Shown here: one piece after another, positions 1 to 12,529 of the stretch | How positions within the stretch are numbered: the stretch's first letter is position 1 | Layout: each line of letters starts with the position of its first letter | NCBI RefSeq assembly: GCF_055900595.2 | Contig: NZ_CM148325.1 | Length of the DNA: 64,000 bases | Direction: 5' to 3' (one strand) | The notes under the pieces: generated by a model | Told to the model about the DNA's origin: nothing | The model's database searches: none | The model's input: only the letters and a program-made list of their open reading frames with translations | Program-made: the position numbers and the translations under genes

Positions 1-105
1 GGTTTCGGTCTTGGTTTTGAACGCCTGATTGCTTACGTAACTGGCGTGCAAAACGTGCGTGATGTGATTCCGTTCCCACGTACTCCGCGTAACGCCAGCT
101 TCTAA
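1..105 (+). CDS. asnS: asparaginyl-tRNA synthetase, 3' end (partial)
   Basis: Frame-1 translation from position 1 gives [34 protein letters not shown] then stop, which I recognise as the AsnRS C-terminus; asnS-ompF-aspC synteny. Confidence 0.85.
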
Positions 106-116
106 TTTAGCGTCTT

Positions 117-147
117 CAAGAGCCAGCGCCCGCTGGCTCTTTTTTTA
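117..147 (+). terminator. rho-independent terminator after asnS
   Basis: GC-rich inverted repeat AGAGCCAGCG/CGCTGGCTCT followed by a T7 run. Confidence 0.6.
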
Positions 148-479
148 TCCTTTCTGTCAAGTTATCTGTTTGTTAAGTCAAGCAATCTATTTGCAACCCC
201 GCCATAACGATCATCCTGTTACGGAATATTACACTGCAACATTTGCGCACAAAAAATAATCCGCATTCTTATTGCGGATTAGTTTTTTCTTAGCTGATAG
301 CACAATTTTCATACTATTTTTTGGCGTTCTGGATGTCTGAACGAGGATTTATTGCCAGGTCGATAAAGTTTCCATCAGAAACAAAATTTCCTTTTAGTTA
401 ATTTAAATATAAGGAAATCATATAAATAGATAAAAATTGCTGTAAATATCATCATGATTCAATGGAAATATGACGGCGT

Positions 480-706
480 TCACAAAGTTCCTTAAATTTT
501 ACTTTTAGTTACATATTTTTTCTTTTTGAAACTAAATCTTTATCTTTGTAGCACTTTCACGGTAGCGAAACGTTAGTTTGAATGGAAAGATGCCTGCAGA
601 CACATAAAGACACCAAACTCTCATCAATAGTTCCGTAAATTTTTATTGACAGAACTTATTGACGGCAGTGGCAGGTGTCATAAAAAAACCATGAGGGTAA
701 TAAATA
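480..706 (+). promoter_or_regulatory. ompF promoter and 5' UTR (OmpR-box region, MicF-targeted leader)
   Basis: Sequence TTTTCTTTTTGAAAC..AAATCTTTATCTTTGTAGCACTTTCACGG matches my memory of the ompF OmpR F1-F3 region; immediately upstream of the ompF ATG at 707. Exact site boundaries not determined. Confidence 0.55.
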
Positions 707-741
707 ATGATGAAGCGCAATATTCTGGCAGTGATCGTCCC

Positions 742-750
742 TGCTCTGTT
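742..750. repeat. 9-bp target-site duplication (left copy) TGCTCTGTT
   Basis: Identical 9-mer directly flanks both IS10 ends; 9 bp is the IS10/Tn10 duplication length. Confidence 0.85.
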
Positions 751-796
751 CTGATGAATCCCCTAATGATTTTGGTAAAAATCATTAAGTTAAGGT

Positions 797-865
797 GGAT
801 ACACATCTTGTCATATGATCAAATGGTTTCGCCAAAAATCAATAATCAGACAACAAAATGTGCGA
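797..865 (-). ncRNA. IS10 RNA-OUT antisense RNA (position inferred from known IS10 architecture)
   Basis: Placed from the known pOUT/pIN arrangement relative to the outside end and transposase start; not independently verified. Confidence 0.4.
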
Positions 866-2066
866 ACTCGATATTTTACACGACTCTCTTTACCAATTCT
901 GCCCCGAATTACACTTAAAACGACTCAACAGCTTAACGTTGGCTTGCCACGCCTTACTTGACTGTAAAACTCTCACTCTTACCGAACTTGGCCGTAACCT
1001 GCCAACCAAAGCGAGAACAAAACATAACATCAAACGAATCGACCGATTGTTAGGTAATCGTCACCTCCACAAAGAGCGACTCGCTGTATACCGTTGGCAT
1101 GCTAGCTTTATCTGTTCGGGCAATACGATGCCCATTGTACTTGTTGACTGGTCTGATATCCGTGAGCAAAAACGGCTTATGGTATTGCGAGCTTCAGTCG
1201 CACTACACGGTCGTTCTGTTACTCTTTATGAGAAAGCGTTCCCGCTTTCAGAGCAATGTTCAAAGAAAGCTCATGACCAATTTCTAGCCGACCTTGCGAG
1301 CATTCTACCGAGTAACACCACACCGCTCATTGTCAGTGATGCTGGCTTTAAAGTGCCATGGTATAAATCCGTTGAGAAGCTGGGTTGGTACTGGTTAAGT
1401 CGAGTAAGAGGAAAAGTACAATATGCAGACCTAGGAGCGGAAAACTGGAAACCTATCAGCAACTTACATGATATGTCATCTAGTCACTCAAAGACTTTAG
1501 GCTATAAGAGGCTGACTAAAAGCAATCCAATCTCATGCCAAATTCTATTGTATAAATCTCGCTCTAAAGGCCGAAAAAATCAGCGCTCGACACGGACTCA
1601 TTGTCACCACCCGTCACCTAAAATCTACTCAGCGTCGGCAAAGGAGCCATGGATTCTAGCAACTAACTTACCTGTTGAAATTCGAACACCCAAACAACTT
1701 GTTAATATCTATTCGAAGCGAATGCAGATTGAAGAAACCTTCCGAGACTTGAAAAGTCCTGCCTACGGACTAGGCCTACGCCATAGCCGAACGAGCAGCT
1801 CAGAGCGTTTTGATATCATGCTGCTAATCGCCCTGATGCTTCAACTAACATGTTGGCTTGCGGGCGTTCATGCTCAGAAACAAGGTTGGGACAAGCACTT
1901 CCAGGCTAACACAGTCAGAAATCGAAACGTACTCTCAACAGTTCGCTTAGGCATGGAAGTTTTGCGGCATTCTGGCTACACAATAACAAGGGAAGACTCA
2001 CTCGTGGCTGCAACCCTGCTTACTCAAAATCTATTCACACATGGTTACGTTTTGGGGAAATTATGA
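858..2066 (+). CDS. IS10 transposase (402 aa)
   Basis: Track [44 protein letters not shown].. matches my memory of the IS10/Tn10 transposase essentially along its length. Confidence 0.95.
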   Translation: MCELDILHDSLYQFCPELHLKRLNSLTLACHALLDCKTLTLTELGRNLPTKARTKHNIKRIDRLLGNRHLHKERLAVYRWHASFICSGNTMPIVLVDWSDIREQKRLMVLRASVALHGRSVTLYEKAFPLSEQCSKKAHDQFLADLASILPSNTTPLIVSDAGFKVPWYKSVEKLGWYWLSRVRGKVQYADLGAENWKPISNLHDMSSSHSKTLGYKRLTKSNPISCQILLYKSRSKGRKNQRSTRTHCHHPSPKIYSASAKEPWILATNLPVEIRTPKQLVNIYSKRMQIEETFRDLKSPAYGLGLRHSRTSSSERFDIMLLIALMLQLTCWLAGVHAQKQGWDKHFQANTVRNRNVLSTVRLGMEVLRHSGYTITREDSLVAATLLTQNLFTHGYVLGKL

Positions 2067-2079
2067 GGGGATCTCTCAG

Positions 2080-2088
2080 TGCTCTGTT
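2080..2088. repeat. 9-bp target-site duplication (right copy) TGCTCTGTT
   Basis: Direct repeat of 742-750 immediately after the IS10 inside end. Confidence 0.85.
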
Positions 2089-3162
2089 AGTAGCAGGTAC
2101 TGCAAACGCTGCAGAAATTTATAACAAAGATGGCAACAAAGTAGATCTGTACGGTAAAGCTGTCGGTCTGCATTATTTCTCCAAGGGTAACGGTGAAAAC
2201 AGTTACGGTGGCAATGGCGACATGACCTATGCCCGTCTTGGTTTTAAAGGGGAAACTCAAATCAATTCCGATCTGACCGGTTATGGTCAGTGGGAATATA
2301 ACTTCCAGGGTAACAACTCTGAAGGCGCTGACGCTCAAACTGGTAACAAAACCCGTCTGGCATTCGCGGGTCTTAAATACGCTGACGTTGGTTCTTTCGA
2401 TTACGGCCGTAACTACGGTGTGGTTTATGATGCACTGGGTTACACCGATATGCTGCCAGAATTTGGTGGTGACACGGCATACAGCGATGACTTCTTCGTT
2501 GGTCGTGTTGGCGGCGTTGCTACCTATCGTAACTCCAACTTCTTTGGTCTGGTTGATGGCCTGAACTTCGCTGTTCAGTACCTGGGTAAAAACGAGCGTG
2601 ACACTGCACGCCGCTCTAACGGCGACGGTGTTGGCGGTTCTATCAGCTACGAATACGAAGGCTTTGGTATCGTTGGTGCTTATGGCGCCGCTGACCGTAC
2701 CAACCTGCAAGAAGCTCAACCTCTTGGCAACGGTAAAAAAGCTGAACAGTGGGCTACTGGTCTGAAGTATGACGCGAACAACATCTACCTGGCAGCGAAC
2801 TACGGTGAAACCCGTAACGCTACGCCGATCACTAATAAATTTACAAACATCAGCGGCTTCGCCAACAAAACGCAAGATGTTCTGTTAGTTGCGCAATACC
2901 AGTTCGATTTCGGTCTGCGTCCGTCCATCGCTTACACCAAATCTAAAGCGAAAGACGTAGAAGGTATCGGTGATGTTGATCTGGTGAACTACTTTGAAGT
3001 GGGCGCAACCTACTACTTCAACAAAAACATGTCCACCTATGTTGACTACATCATCAACCAGATCGATTCTGACAACAAACTGGGCGTAGGTTCAGACGAC
3101 ACCGTTGCTGTGGGTATCGTTTACCAGTTCTAATAGCACACCTCTTTGTTAAATGCCGAAAA

Positions 3163-3190
3163 AACAGGACTTTGGTCCTGTTTTTTTTAT
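3163..3190 (+). terminator. rho-independent terminator after ompF
   Basis: CAGGAC-TTTG-GTCCTG hairpin followed by a T8 run. Confidence 0.65.
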
Positions 3191-3317
3191 GCCTTCCAGA
3201 GCAATCTCACGTCTTGCAAAAACAGCCTGCGTTTTCATCAGTAATAGTTGGAATTTTGTAAATCTCCCGTTACCCTGATAGCGGACTTCCCTTCTGTAAC
3301 CATAATGGAACCTCGTC

Positions 3318-4508
3318 ATGTTTGAGAACATTACCGCCGCTCCTGCCGACCCGATTCTGGGCCTGGCCGATCTGTTTCGTGCCGATGAACGTCCCGGCAA
3401 AATTAACCTCGGGATTGGTGTCTATAAAGATGAGACGGGCAAAACCCCGGTACTGACCAGCGTGAAAAAGGCTGAACAGTATCTGCTCGAAAATGAAACC
3501 ACCAAAAATTACCTCGGCATTGACGGCATCCCTGAATTTGGTCGCTGCACTCAGGAACTGCTGTTTGGTAAAGGTAGCGCCCTGATCAATGACAAACGTG
3601 CTCGCACGGCACAGACTCCGGGTGGCACTGGCGCACTACGCGTGGCTGCCGATTTCCTGGCAAAAAATACCAGCGTTAAGCGTGTGTGGGTGAGCAACCC
3701 AAGCTGGCCGAACCATAAGAGCGTCTTTAACTCTGCAGGTCTGGAAGTTCGTGAATACGCTTATTATGATGCGGAAAATCACACCCTTGACTTCGATGCA
3801 CTGATTAACAGCCTGAACGAAGCTCAGGCTGGCGACGTAGTGCTGTTCCATGGCTGCTGCCATAACCCAACCGGTATCGACCCTACGCTGGAACAATGGC
3901 AGACACTGGCACAACTTTCCGTTGAGAAAGGCTGGTTACCGCTGTTTGACTTCGCGTACCAGGGGTTTGCCCGTGGTCTGGAAGAAGATGCTGAAGGACT
4001 GCGCGCTTTCGCGGCTATGCATAAAGAGCTGATTGTTGCCAGTTCCTACTCTAAAAACTTTGGCCTGTACAACGAGCGTGTTGGCGCTTGTACTCTGGTT
4101 GCTGCTGACAGTGAGACCGTTGATCGCGCATTCAGCCAAATGAAAGCGGCGATTCGCGCTAACTACTCTAACCCACCAGCACACGGCGCTTCTGTTGTTG
4201 CCACCATCCTGAGCAACGATGCGTTACGTGCGATTTGGGAACAAGAGCTGACTGATATGCGCCAGCGTATTCAGCGTATGCGTCAGTTGTTCGTCAATAC
4301 GCTGCAGGAAAAAGGCGCAAACCGCGACTTCAGCTTTATCATCAAACAGAACGGCATGTTCTCCTTCAGTGGCCTGACAAAAGAACAAGTGCTGCGTCTG
4401 CGCGAAGAGTTTGGCGTGTATGCTGTTGCTTCTGGTCGCGTAAACGTGGCCGGGATGACACCAGATAATATGGCTCCGCTGTGCGAAGCGATTGTGGCAG
4501 TGCTGTAA
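3318..4508 (+). CDS. aspC: aspartate aminotransferase
   Basis: 396-aa [39 protein letters not shown].. recognised as AspC; synteny. Confidence 0.97.
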   Translation: MFENITAAPADPILGLADLFRADERPGKINLGIGVYKDETGKTPVLTSVKKAEQYLLENETTKNYLGIDGIPEFGRCTQELLFGKGSALINDKRARTAQTPGGTGALRVAADFLAKNTSVKRVWVSNPSWPNHKSVFNSAGLEVREYAYYDAENHTLDFDALINSLNEAQAGDVVLFHGCCHNPTGIDPTLEQWQTLAQLSVEKGWLPLFDFAYQGFARGLEEDAEGLRAFAAMHKELIVASSYSKNFGLYNERVGACTLVAADSETVDRAFSQMKAAIRANYSNPPAHGASVVATILSNDALRAIWEQELTDMRQRIQRMRQLFVNTLQEKGANRDFSFIIKQNGMFSFSGLTKEQVLRLREEFGVYAVASGRVNVAGMTPDNMAPLCEAIVAVL

Positions 4509-4521
4509 GCGTTAAAAACAA

Positions 4522-4552
4522 TGAAGCCCGCTGAAAAGCGGGCTTTTTTATG
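4522..4552. terminator. bidirectional terminator between aspC and gloC
   Basis: AAGCCCGC-TGAAAA-GCGGGCTT hairpin with T/A runs on both sides, between convergent genes. Confidence 0.65.
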
Positions 4553-4557
4553 CGCCT

Positions 4558-5205
4558 TTACCAGACGGGCATTTCGTCTTGCAGGAAGGGATTATGCAGG
4601 CGCTCATAACCAAGTGTGGATAATGGTCCGTGACCCGGAATAAATGTCACATCATCCCCCAGTGGCAGCAATTTATCTTTGATTGAAGAAATCAGTTGAT
4701 TATGATCGCCACGCGGGAAGTCACTGCGCCCTACTCCACCTTTGAAAATAACGTCGCCAGAAATCAGCAGCCTTGCCCGCTCATCAAAAAACACGACATG
4801 ACCCGGCGTATGCCCAGGGCAATGTAACACCTGTAAAGTCACATTCCCTATGCTGATGGTATCGCCTTCGTTCAGCCAACGATCTGGCGTCAGCGGCTGA
4901 CACTCTTCCAGACCAAACATACGACTTTGCGCAGGCAAGCCTTGCAGCCAGAACTCATCTTCTTTTTCCGGGCCAAAAACCGGCACGCCGTAATGTTGCG
5001 CCAGTTCCGCCGCTGCGCCAACGTGGTCCAGATGACCATGAGTCAGCAGGATCTGCATCAGTGTCAGGCCGCTGGCATCAACTTCCTGTTTGATTTTTTC
5101 CGCATCGCCGCCAGGATCGACCAGTGCGGCCAGACGGGTTTGTTCACACCAGATCAATGAACAGTTCTGGGAGAATGCGGTGACCGGAATAATACGATAG
5201 TTCAT
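4558..5205 (-). CDS. gloC: hydroxyacylglutathione hydrolase, metallo-beta-lactamase fold (YcbL)
   Basis: 215-aa ORF with THGHLDH metal-binding motif; matches K-12 YcbL as I recall it. Confidence 0.9.
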   Translation of the reverse strand: MNYRIIPVTAFSQNCSLIWCEQTRLAALVDPGGDAEKIKQEVDASGLTLMQILLTHGHLDHVGAAAELAQHYGVPVFGPEKEDEFWLQGLPAQSRMFGLEECQPLTPDRWLNEGDTISIGNVTLQVLHCPGHTPGHVVFFDERARLLISGDVIFKGGVGRSDFPRGDHNQLISSIKDKLLPLGDDVTFIPGHGPLSTLGYERLHNPFLQDEMPVW

Positions 5206-5231
5206 ACTGCCCCTGTTTCGTTAAGCGATTA

Positions 5232-5780
5232 CTACCAGTGCCGTGCTGGCCCGGTATCAATATGCACAAAGTTACTACGTGGGTAATATCCTACACCACC
5301 TGCGCGCATAGATAACGCGGCTTTGCGAATATTGCTTAACGCGATACCTTCAATGTGGAAATCCATCGCCTGGCCTTTAGTGTGATAGCTTTTCTTCGCT
5401 ACTCCACGGCTGCGGGCGCGTAGTTCATTGTTGGTATCAATGGAACGATAACCGGAAATGAGTTGCACCGGTTTGCGGGTGCCTAACAACCCTTGCAGGC
5501 GATACAACTGGTCGAATAATCCTGGGTCGATGGACTTTATTTTGTTCGCGCGGTAATCGCGGAAAAAATGGTTAAGTTTTGCCAATTCTTCCTGAATATA
5601 GCCTCTGCCATCGAAAAACTCCGCTTTGATTGACTCTCCGGTATGAAGATTATTGAGTGTCAAAATGCGCGGGCGTGGGGTAGAGAGTGTTGCAAATGCC
5701 GGGGTCGGCAGGATGGCGGCACCGAGTGCAACGCCACCAAGCGCCAGCAGTTTGCGGCGATTAGCGTCGAATTTGTCCAT
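5232..5780 (-). CDS. mepK: peptidoglycan L,D-endopeptidase MepK (YcbK), Tat-signal protein
   Basis: Track ORF 5232..5789; start moved to MDKFDANRRKLLALGGVALGAA.. (twin-arginine leader), the K-12 N-terminus. Confidence 0.88.
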   Translation of the reverse strand: MDKFDANRRKLLALGGVALGAAILPTPAFATLSTPRPRILTLNNLHTGESIKAEFFDGRGYIQEELAKLNHFFRDYRANKIKSIDPGLFDQLYRLQGLLGTRKPVQLISGYRSIDTNNELRARSRGVAKKSYHTKGQAMDFHIEGIALSNIRKAALSMRAGGVGYYPRSNFVHIDTGPARHW

Positions 5781-5960
5781 GATAATCAAGTCTACAGGTC
5801 AATGTTATCGTTTATATGCACTTCTGGCGCACAAGAGGCACCTTAACCGCCCGTAAAGCAGACGTCAAGATGACTCAACCCCAGCAGTGACGGGGGCTGC
5901 AGAGAAGCGCCCCCGATCATGCTAATTATTACGACAACTGATTTCCCCGAACTGCTTCAT

Positions 5961-7808
5961 TTACCTGATTAATTGTTCCGCTTTCGATACAATTTGCGAG
6001 CTGGATCGCGCAGGCAGATCATAATTGTAAATATCTGTACGATACTGGGTACGACCATCTGCACCAACAAAGGCCGTCAGATAGTAGAGATTCACCGGAA
6101 TCGACTGCCGAATATTGACGTAACGCGTATCGCCCTGCTTCAGCGCATCAGAAATACGTTTGTCATTCCAGCCTGCATCCTGCAACAGCATATTCGCCAG
6201 ATCGGAAGCTTTATTCACTCGTACACAGCCTGAGCTCAATGCGCGTGTATCACGCTTGAACAGATTGTGGTTCGGCGTGTCATGCAAATAAATGGCCTCT
6301 GAACTCGGCATATTGAATTTATAGCGCCCCAGCGAGTTCCGTGGGCCTGGAGCCTGCTGGAAGCGAAACGGTAAATTCGAGGCCGTGATTGTAGACCAGT
6401 CAACCTGCCATGGGTCAATCGCTTCTCTGCTGTTCCAGCCGCGCATCACCGTATAGCCATGGCTTTCGAGATATCCCGGATCGTTGCGCACTTTCGGCAG
6501 AATATCTTTGCGTGCCAGAGTTGGTGGTACGTTCCACGGCGGGTTTACCACTACGTTGTTAAGTGCACTGCTCATCATCGGCGTTTTGCGATCGGGGCGA
6601 CCGACAATGACTCGCGAATCCAGCACCTGATTGCCGTTCTGATAGTAGACCAGCGAATAGGCCGGAATGTTAACCATGATCCCGGTAGAAAGCTCTGTTG
6701 GCAGCAAGCGCAATCGCTGGATGTTGAGTGCCAACACGCCAGCACGCTGGGCGGGCGTTACGTTTAACCAGTCACGCGTTGCCGGGCCAATAGCGCCATC
6801 TGCTCCCAATCCTTGCCATGCCTGAAAACGTTTAACGGCTTCCACCAGTTCATTATCGTAGGCGGCACGAACGACAGGCGCAGGTTTACTACGAGACGTA
6901 GTTTGCTTGTCCATCGGCTTAGTTTCTGCTGTTTCAACAGTAACAGCGGATGGGCTGACTACCGCGTCAGTTGGCGTGTCATCGCCAGGTAGCGTAATTT
7001 TCGGCCCCCCATCCAACATGCCTGTGCGTTGCAATATTTCGCGCAACGCCGGTACGTCGTTACTCCACTGTCCTGGGCGCAACGTTGCTTTGCCGGTCAG
7101 TTGGGGCCACGGTTTGGTGTCACTGAGTAAGGCCAGTAAAGATTCATGCATCGCCGCATATTGCGGATGCTGCGGTGCCAGTCCTGCAACAAACGTCGGC
7201 AATTGACCTTTATCCAGCGCCAGCTGCCATTGGTTAATCACCGAGAGCGGCGGCGTGGAAAGCGCATAAGGTTTACTGCTGTATAGCCAGCGAGTGCCTT
7301 TGACTGGAATATTTGCGATGAAATGGAGATAGCCCATCATCGCATCAGAGAGCACCACATCGCGTGCCATCCCGTTAATACCAGGATCGGTCAGCAACTC
7401 TACCCATTTATTAAACTGCGGCTGGAAACCGGCAATCGCCACCTCTGCCAGCTGTTGCTGGAAGGCTTTAACAGCATCACGGTTTTCCCACATGGGTTGC
7501 ATATCGCGTGCGGCATACAACAATTGAAGCTGGTTAAGATAAACCGGCTTATAACCTGCGGGTAATTGAGATTCGATTTGCGTGCGGGCTTTTTCAGCCG
7601 CACCTTCAGGCAATGGCTGGATCCCCGCCATTATTGCCGTGGCTTGCGCCTGCGGCAGTGCCTCGCCCTGTTCACTGACAGCCACCGGGCTGTCGCCAGG
7701 GATTACTTCAGGCTCATCGGCCTGCGCATTGAACAGTGGAGCGAATGTTACGGCCAGGCACAAACTGATTGCCGACAGCCGACGACCACACATCATATTA
7801 AGCAACAT
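5961..7808 (-). CDS. ldtD: L,D-transpeptidase LdtD (YcbB)
   Basis: 615-aa [33 protein letters not shown].. with signal peptide; matches K-12 YcbB. Confidence 0.92.
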   Translation of the reverse strand: MLLNMMCGRRLSAISLCLAVTFAPLFNAQADEPEVIPGDSPVAVSEQGEALPQAQATAIMAGIQPLPEGAAEKARTQIESQLPAGYKPVYLNQLQLLYAARDMQPMWENRDAVKAFQQQLAEVAIAGFQPQFNKWVELLTDPGINGMARDVVLSDAMMGYLHFIANIPVKGTRWLYSSKPYALSTPPLSVINQWQLALDKGQLPTFVAGLAPQHPQYAAMHESLLALLSDTKPWPQLTGKATLRPGQWSNDVPALREILQRTGMLDGGPKITLPGDDTPTDAVVSPSAVTVETAETKPMDKQTTSRSKPAPVVRAAYDNELVEAVKRFQAWQGLGADGAIGPATRDWLNVTPAQRAGVLALNIQRLRLLPTELSTGIMVNIPAYSLVYYQNGNQVLDSRVIVGRPDRKTPMMSSALNNVVVNPPWNVPPTLARKDILPKVRNDPGYLESHGYTVMRGWNSREAIDPWQVDWSTITASNLPFRFQQAPGPRNSLGRYKFNMPSSEAIYLHDTPNHNLFKRDTRALSSGCVRVNKASDLANMLLQDAGWNDKRISDALKQGDTRYVNIRQSIPVNLYYLTAFVGADGRTQYRTDIYNYDLPARSSSQIVSKAEQLIR

Positions 7809-8039
7809 CCCTTGCCCCCTGTTTTTATCATACTTTGAATAGCCAGGCTGTTATTTTACGACTTGCCTGTACAACGCCAATACTCACGAAAGTATGACGA
7901 GCAAGCCTGTTACTCATCAGGCTTATCTTCAGTATATAAACGCCGATACGTTTTTACATAACCTAATGTAAAGAAGTTTAAAGAAAAGCGCGCCAGAATG
8001 TGGCACTTTTTTAGTGCAGAAACGGAGTTTTCAGAAACA

Positions 8040-8066
8040 GGAAAGGCGGCATCGCTGCCGCCTCAA
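8040..8066 (-). terminator. rho-independent terminator after mukB
   Basis: GGCGGCA-TCGC-TGCCGCC hairpin just downstream of the mukB stop with a U-rich tail on the minus-strand transcript. Confidence 0.55.
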
Positions 8067-8068
8067 TC

Positions 8069-11000
8069 TTAACTCGCCTGGGAAGGCGCTTCGTCAGTTC
8101 CTGGAAGCGTTTCAGGGAGTTGCGGTGCAAAACCACGCAGACCGACTACGTGAACGTGTTCGGTATTCTGGAAGACTTTACGCACCAGTTTATAGGTGGT
8201 GCCTTTTTCCGGGCTGATATTTTCCGGCGCTGCGATGATGAGCTGCATTTGCAAACGCTCACACAATTCAAACAGCGTGGCGATGGAACGGGCGTCCAGT
8301 CGCGCTGCTTCATCGAGGAACAGCAGGCGGCAAGGAGAGATATCTTTACCGCGCAGGCGGCGAGATTCATCTTCCCAGCTTTGTACCACCATCACCAGAA
8401 TCGACATACCGGTACCAATCGCCTCACCGGTCGACAGTGCGCCAGACTCCGCGCGCAACCAACCATCGGAACCACGGTTAACCTCAACTTCCATTTCCAG
8501 ATAGTTGCGGTAATCCAGCAGTTCTTCACCGATAGTCTGCGGCGTGCGCTGCCCCATATCAATCTGCGGGTTAAGACGTTGATACAGTTTCGCCAGCGCT
8601 TCCGAGAAGGTCAGACGGTTGCTGTTAAACAGATCCTGATGTTGTTCGTGCTGTTCAGAGAGCACATCCAGCAGCATGGCGTGCGTTTCACGCACGTTCA
8701 CGTTGAGGCGCACGCTGTTCACCTGACCGAACGATACGTTCTGCAAGCCCTGGTTGAGCATACGGATACGGTTCTGCTCGCGCTGAATGGTTTTACGGAT
8801 GATGTTCGCCACGCTGCGGGAACTGATCGCCAGTTTCTGTTCGCGGGACGTTAACTCTTCAGTCAGACGGCTAAGTTCGATCTCCATCTGCTCGATAGCT
8901 TCAACCGGATCATCGGTACGAATAATATCCTGACGAATACGCTCGCGCAGATGCTGATAAACCGCCACGAAGAACTGAATTTTACGTTCCGGACGTTTTG
9001 GATCTTCCGACATACGCAGCACGTCGCGCAGATGTTCGTTATCCGCTACCGCGAGACGCAACGCACCCAACGCCTTATCCGACATGGAACGCAAATCATC
9101 AGCGGAGAGATAAGCCAGCTCACGACGGTGTAAGCGGCGCTCAACACCGTTATCTTTCACCATGCGCATCACTGCACACCAGCCCGCTTTCGCGGTCACT
9201 ACCTGCTCGCGCATCTCAAAGTAATCACGCTCCAGCTTGCGCAGTTTGCGGGTCAGGTTGTCCATCTCCGCTTCGCAGAAGGTAAGCGCTTTTTCCAGTT
9301 GGTTGCGGCGTGAACGGTTATTGCTCAGTTGCGCGTGCAACTCGTCACGGCGAATACGCGCCCGCTCTTCTGCCCCGCTATCAGCACGCACGCCGATATC
9401 CTGCAATTCACGTTGCAGATCGTTGAGTAGCTCTTTTTTGGTGTCGTAAGAACTTTTCAGCGAAGCCAGCACCTGGTTGTACTGACTCAACTGCGCTGCG
9501 TGTCCGCGCAACGCTTCACGAGCGCGGGTACGCTCCGCTTCCGCCTGTTCCAGACGTTCACGCAGTTTTTCGTTGAGATCGCTGTTACCGCTAAGCATTT
9601 CTGCCGAGTCAGAGTAGCTAAAGTGCGCACGACGCTGCACCACTTCCGTCAGGGCAAACGCCTGCTGACGGGCATCGCGCTGCATCTGCTGAGAGTACGC
9701 GTAATCTTCTTTTAACTGTTCGAACTGTTCCGGGTCGCTCTGCAATACCGAAACGATCGGTTCCAGTTTCGCCAGTTGATTGCCAAACTGCTGAACAAAA
9801 CGCGCGGCTTCCTGGGCTTCATCCAGACGTTCGCGGATTTCATCGACGCGATCCGCCAGGCTGTCATCAGCCAACAGGTTGAGACGCGGCAGAATGCGGT
9901 TCAGCGCCGTAACGCCCTCTTTCGCCTGCTCAAACTGAATACGCTGCTGCTGGTTATCATTTTCATGATTACTCAACGCCCGCTCCAGTTCGACGCGACG
10001 GCTGTTCAGTTGACGGATTTCTGCTTCCGGATCAGACTCAAACGCTACCGCCAGATGGCTACCAATAAAGCGGCTGAACGCCTGATGCAGACGCTGGGTT
10101 TTCTGTACATCAAAGGAGAGCGTGGCGAAGCGTTCGGAAAGCACTTCACGTTCCGCATGGAGGCTTTCAATACGGCTTTCACGCGCAGCACGACCAAACA
10201 GCGGCACTTCCGGGAAACGTGAATAACGCCACTGACGATCGGCGATTTTCACCACTACCGCTTTTTCCAGCTCATCAACGCTGAACACGCTATCATCGAA
10301 TGACTGCGGATCCCCTTCGATCAGATAGAGATCTTCCGGGCAATCGGTCAAGCCTTCCAGATGCTCGGTTACCTGTGACAGGTCCGGCACCACGATAGCG
10401 TGGCGTGACGGGCCGTACAACGCCGAGAAGTACGGCGCATCTTCCAGGCTAACGTCGTCATAAATTTCTGACAGCAGCACGCCGCCAAAACGCTCCGCCA
10501 GCGCATTCAGACGCTGATCTTCAGAGCCGCCAGGCTGGCTTAAACGTTCGATCTCTTCATCGACGGCGTTTTTGCGTGCGCCAACTTCGTCACGTTCAAC
10601 AATCGCTTCGCGCTCACGCTCAAGCAACTGTTGCAGATATTCGGTGACATCCTGGCTGGAGGTGAACTCTTCGCCGCACTGTTCGCTCAACTGGTTGAGA
10701 CTGTTTTGCGCTGCCAGCCAAACCGGCGCACGCTGCATCAAACTCTGAATGCGAGACTGCAGCTGTTCCTGCTCCTGGCGCAGTGCCATCCGCTCTTCTC
10801 GGGCGTTAGAGACGCTATCGGAAAGAGAGGCAATGCGTGCTTCCAGCTCCTGATGCAGAGCTTCCAGTTCATCAATATCAAAATTCTTGCCCTGACGTTT
10901 GCAGAAATCTGCCAGCAGACGCTCAGCTTCTTGCTGTTCACGCAGACGCTGTTCCAGTTCGCTTAAGCGCATCCGCAACGGCTGAACCTGCTCTGCCAGG

Positions 11001-12529
11001 TGACGCTGATCGACCCCTTCGCGCAATAGTTCGCGAGCGACATCCCACGCCTCGTTACGCGCCAGCGGGCCGTTGATTGCCACCACCAGCTGATAAGCCT
11101 GCTCAAACTGGCTGTGCGCGGTTTGCGCCATGCTCATTTTCTGCTCAAGAGAGAGCATTTTTTCGGTCGCTTCCAGCTCTTTCGCCTGGAAGGTTTCCAG
11201 CCATTCGGCAGCGCTGTCGGCGGTTAAGTCCGGCAGATGGCACAGTTCTTTGGCACGATTAAGCGCAGCAATCGCCTGGTTATACTGGATCGCGCGCGTT
11301 TGCTGGACGTCCAGCGCCTGCTGGTAGTCAGCAAGCTGGCTTTTCAGCTCGTCCACTTCCAGTTCGGCAGCTTCCGCACGAGCCTCGTTCTCTTCCTGGC
11401 GTTCGATGGCTTCTGCCACCACTTCGTTTTGCTCTTCCAGACGGATCTGCAGCTCATCGAGATCCGCTTCGTAGCGTTCGATCTTCTCCTGCTGACGTAG
11501 TGCGGTTTGCACCAGGTTCAGGTGATCGCTGGCCGCCTGATAATCCGCTTCCAGATCGCCTTCGGCACCGTTGTGCTCAGCCAGCTCTCGCGCCATGTCG
11601 ACGTGTTTGTACTGCTCAGCCGCCAGTTGCTGACGCGAAGTATGTAGCTCGCGACGAAACTCCAGGGCCTTATCGAGATGAACACGGCGCTCGTTGGCGT
11701 GACGCATGTAGTCCGCCGCCACGTAGTTAGTCGCTTCGCTGATCAGATGCTTGAACAAGTCACGGTCAGACTGGGTAACACGAATCGCTTCCAGCGTCAT
11801 ACGGTTTTCACGCAGCGCCGCTTCCATGTCCTGAAACGCTTTACGCACGCCGCTATTTTCTGGCAACAGGTAGTCGCGCAGAGAACGGGTGATGGCGCTG
11901 GAAATCCCGCCGTACAGCGAAGCTTCAATCAGACGATAGAATTTACTACGATCAGACGCTGAGCGCAGACGACGTGCGATGATGCCCAGATCGAACATCA
12001 GCGAGTGGTAATCGGTAATAGAGTTGAACTGCTTAAACTGCACGCCTTCCATCGCTTCGAGCTTGTCTTTCAGCTCGTTAAGCGGCAGTACACGCGCCTG
12101 ACGTTCATTCAGAGTTTCGGTCACCAGTTGTGTCGGCTGCACCGACATCGGCAAGCCCTGAATGGCAAATGGTTTGATATCAACTTTACGATCGCGCCCG
12201 GCAACCTGTTGCAGACGCACGCCGACCACCACGCGCTGATGGCGCGAGTTAATGGTGTCGAGCATCGAATAGCAGACACCCGCTTTCAGCTTACCGTGCA
12301 GACCTTTATCGCGCGAACCGCTGGTGGCCCCGGCTTCCGTGGTGTTACGGAAATGCAGCAGGGTCAGGTCGGGGATCAGCGCCGTAACGAACGCCGCCAT
12401 GGTAGTAGATTTACCCGCACCGTTACCACCGGAGAGCGTCGTAACCAGCTCATCGAGGTCAAAAGTTCGTGCAAAAAAGCCGTTCCAGTTAATCAGCGTC
12501 AGTGAGCGAAATTTACCGCGTTCAATCAT
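8069..12529 (-). CDS. mukB: chromosome partition protein MukB (SMC-like condensin)
   Basis: 1486-aa ORF with Walker [10 protein letters not shown] and long coiled coils; matches MukB. Confidence 0.97.
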   Translation of the reverse strand: MIERGKFRSLTLINWNGFFARTFDLDELVTTLSGGNGAGKSTTMAAFVTALIPDLTLLHFRNTTEAGATSGSRDKGLHGKLKAGVCYSMLDTINSRHQRVVVGVRLQQVAGRDRKVDIKPFAIQGLPMSVQPTQLVTETLNERQARVLPLNELKDKLEAMEGVQFKQFNSITDYHSLMFDLGIIARRLRSASDRSKFYRLIEASLYGGISSAITRSLRDYLLPENSGVRKAFQDMEAALRENRMTLEAIRVTQSDRDLFKHLISEATNYVAADYMRHANERRVHLDKALEFRRELHTSRQQLAAEQYKHVDMARELAEHNGAEGDLEADYQAASDHLNLVQTALRQQEKIERYEADLDELQIRLEEQNEVVAEAIERQEENEARAEAAELEVDELKSQLADYQQALDVQQTRAIQYNQAIAALNRAKELCHLPDLTADSAAEWLETFQAKELEATEKMLSLEQKMSMAQTAHSQFEQAYQLVVAINGPLARNEAWDVARELLREGVDQRHLAEQVQPLRMRLSELEQRLREQQEAERLLADFCKRQGKNFDIDELEALHQELEARIASLSDSVSNAREERMALRQEQEQLQSRIQSLMQRAPVWLAAQNSLNQLSEQCGEEFTSSQDVTEYLQQLLEREREAIVERDEVGARKNAVDEEIERLSQPGGSEDQRLNALAERFGGVLLSEIYDDVSLEDAPYFSALYGPSRHAIVVPDLSQVTEHLEGLTDCPEDLYLIEGDPQSFDDSVFSVDELEKAVVVKIADRQWRYSRFPEVPLFGRAARESRIESLHAEREVLSERFATLSFDVQKTQRLHQAFSRFIGSHLAVAFESDPEAEIRQLNSRRVELERALSNHENDNQQQRIQFEQAKEGVTALNRILPRLNLLADDSLADRVDEIRERLDEAQEAARFVQQFGNQLAKLEPIVSVLQSDPEQFEQLKEDYAYSQQMQRDARQQAFALTEVVQRRAHFSYSDSAEMLSGNSDLNEKLRERLEQAEAERTRAREALRGHAAQLSQYNQVLASLKSSYDTKKELLNDLQRELQDIGVRADSGAEERARIRRDELHAQLSNNRSRRNQLEKALTFCEAEMDNLTRKLRKLERDYFEMREQVVTAKAGWCAVMRMVKDNGVERRLHRRELAYLSADDLRSMSDKALGALRLAVADNEHLRDVLRMSEDPKRPERKIQFFVAVYQHLRERIRQDIIRTDDPVEAIEQMEIELSRLTEELTSREQKLAISSRSVANIIRKTIQREQNRIRMLNQGLQNVSFGQVNSVRLNVNVRETHAMLLDVLSEQHEQHQDLFNSNRLTFSEALAKLYQRLNPQIDMGQRTPQTIGEELLDYRNYLEMEVEVNRGSDGWLRAESGALSTGEAIGTGMSILVMVVQSWEDESRRLRGKDISPCRLLFLDEAARLDARSIATLFELCERLQMQLIIAAPENISPEKGTTYKLVRKVFQNTEHVHVVGLRGFAPQLPETLPGTDEAPSQAS

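Larger units (their letters stand above)
751..2079 (+). mobile_element. IS10 insertion sequence (1329 bp), outside end at left
   Basis: Left terminus CTGATGAATCCCCTAATGATTTTGGTAAAAATCATTAAG (outside end); right terminus ..CATGGTTACGTTTTGGGGAAATTATGAGGGGATCTCTCAG (inside end, reverse complement); GATC Dam sites near both ends; transposase ATG 107 nt in from the outside end. Confidence 0.93.
707..3133 (+). pseudogene. ompF: outer membrane porin OmpF, interrupted by IS10 after codon 14
   Basis: ATGATGAAGCGCAATATTCTGGCAGTGATCGTCCCTGCTCTGTT (MMKRNILAVIVPAL) at 707-750; OmpF reading frame resumes after the IS (..[19 protein letters not shown].. to IVYQF stop at 3133). 44 + 1045 nt = 1089 nt, the intact ompF length. 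Track ORF 2063..3133 is a fusion frame starting inside IS10. Confidence 0.92.

Noticed and set aside
646-918. 90-aa ORF spanning the ompF start and the IS10 outside end
   Set aside because: It is the +1 frame over the ompF start codon and runs across the IS10 terminus into the transposase start; an artefact of the insertion junction.
2087-2875. 262-aa minus-strand ORF inside ompF
   Set aside because: Fully antisense to the well-supported OmpF reading frame; no SD; Thr/Val-rich composition typical of an antisense artefact.
5880-5925. Putative terminator downstream of ldtD
   Set aside because: CCCCAGCAGTGACGGGGGCTG forms only an imperfect stem without a convincing U-tract; too weak to annotate.
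8120-12505. Multiple 60-250-aa plus-strand ORFs across the mukB region
   Set aside because: All lie antisense within the 4.4-kb mukB coding sequence, which is GC-rich and Ala/Glu/Leu/Arg-rich on the sense strand; none has an SD or independent support.
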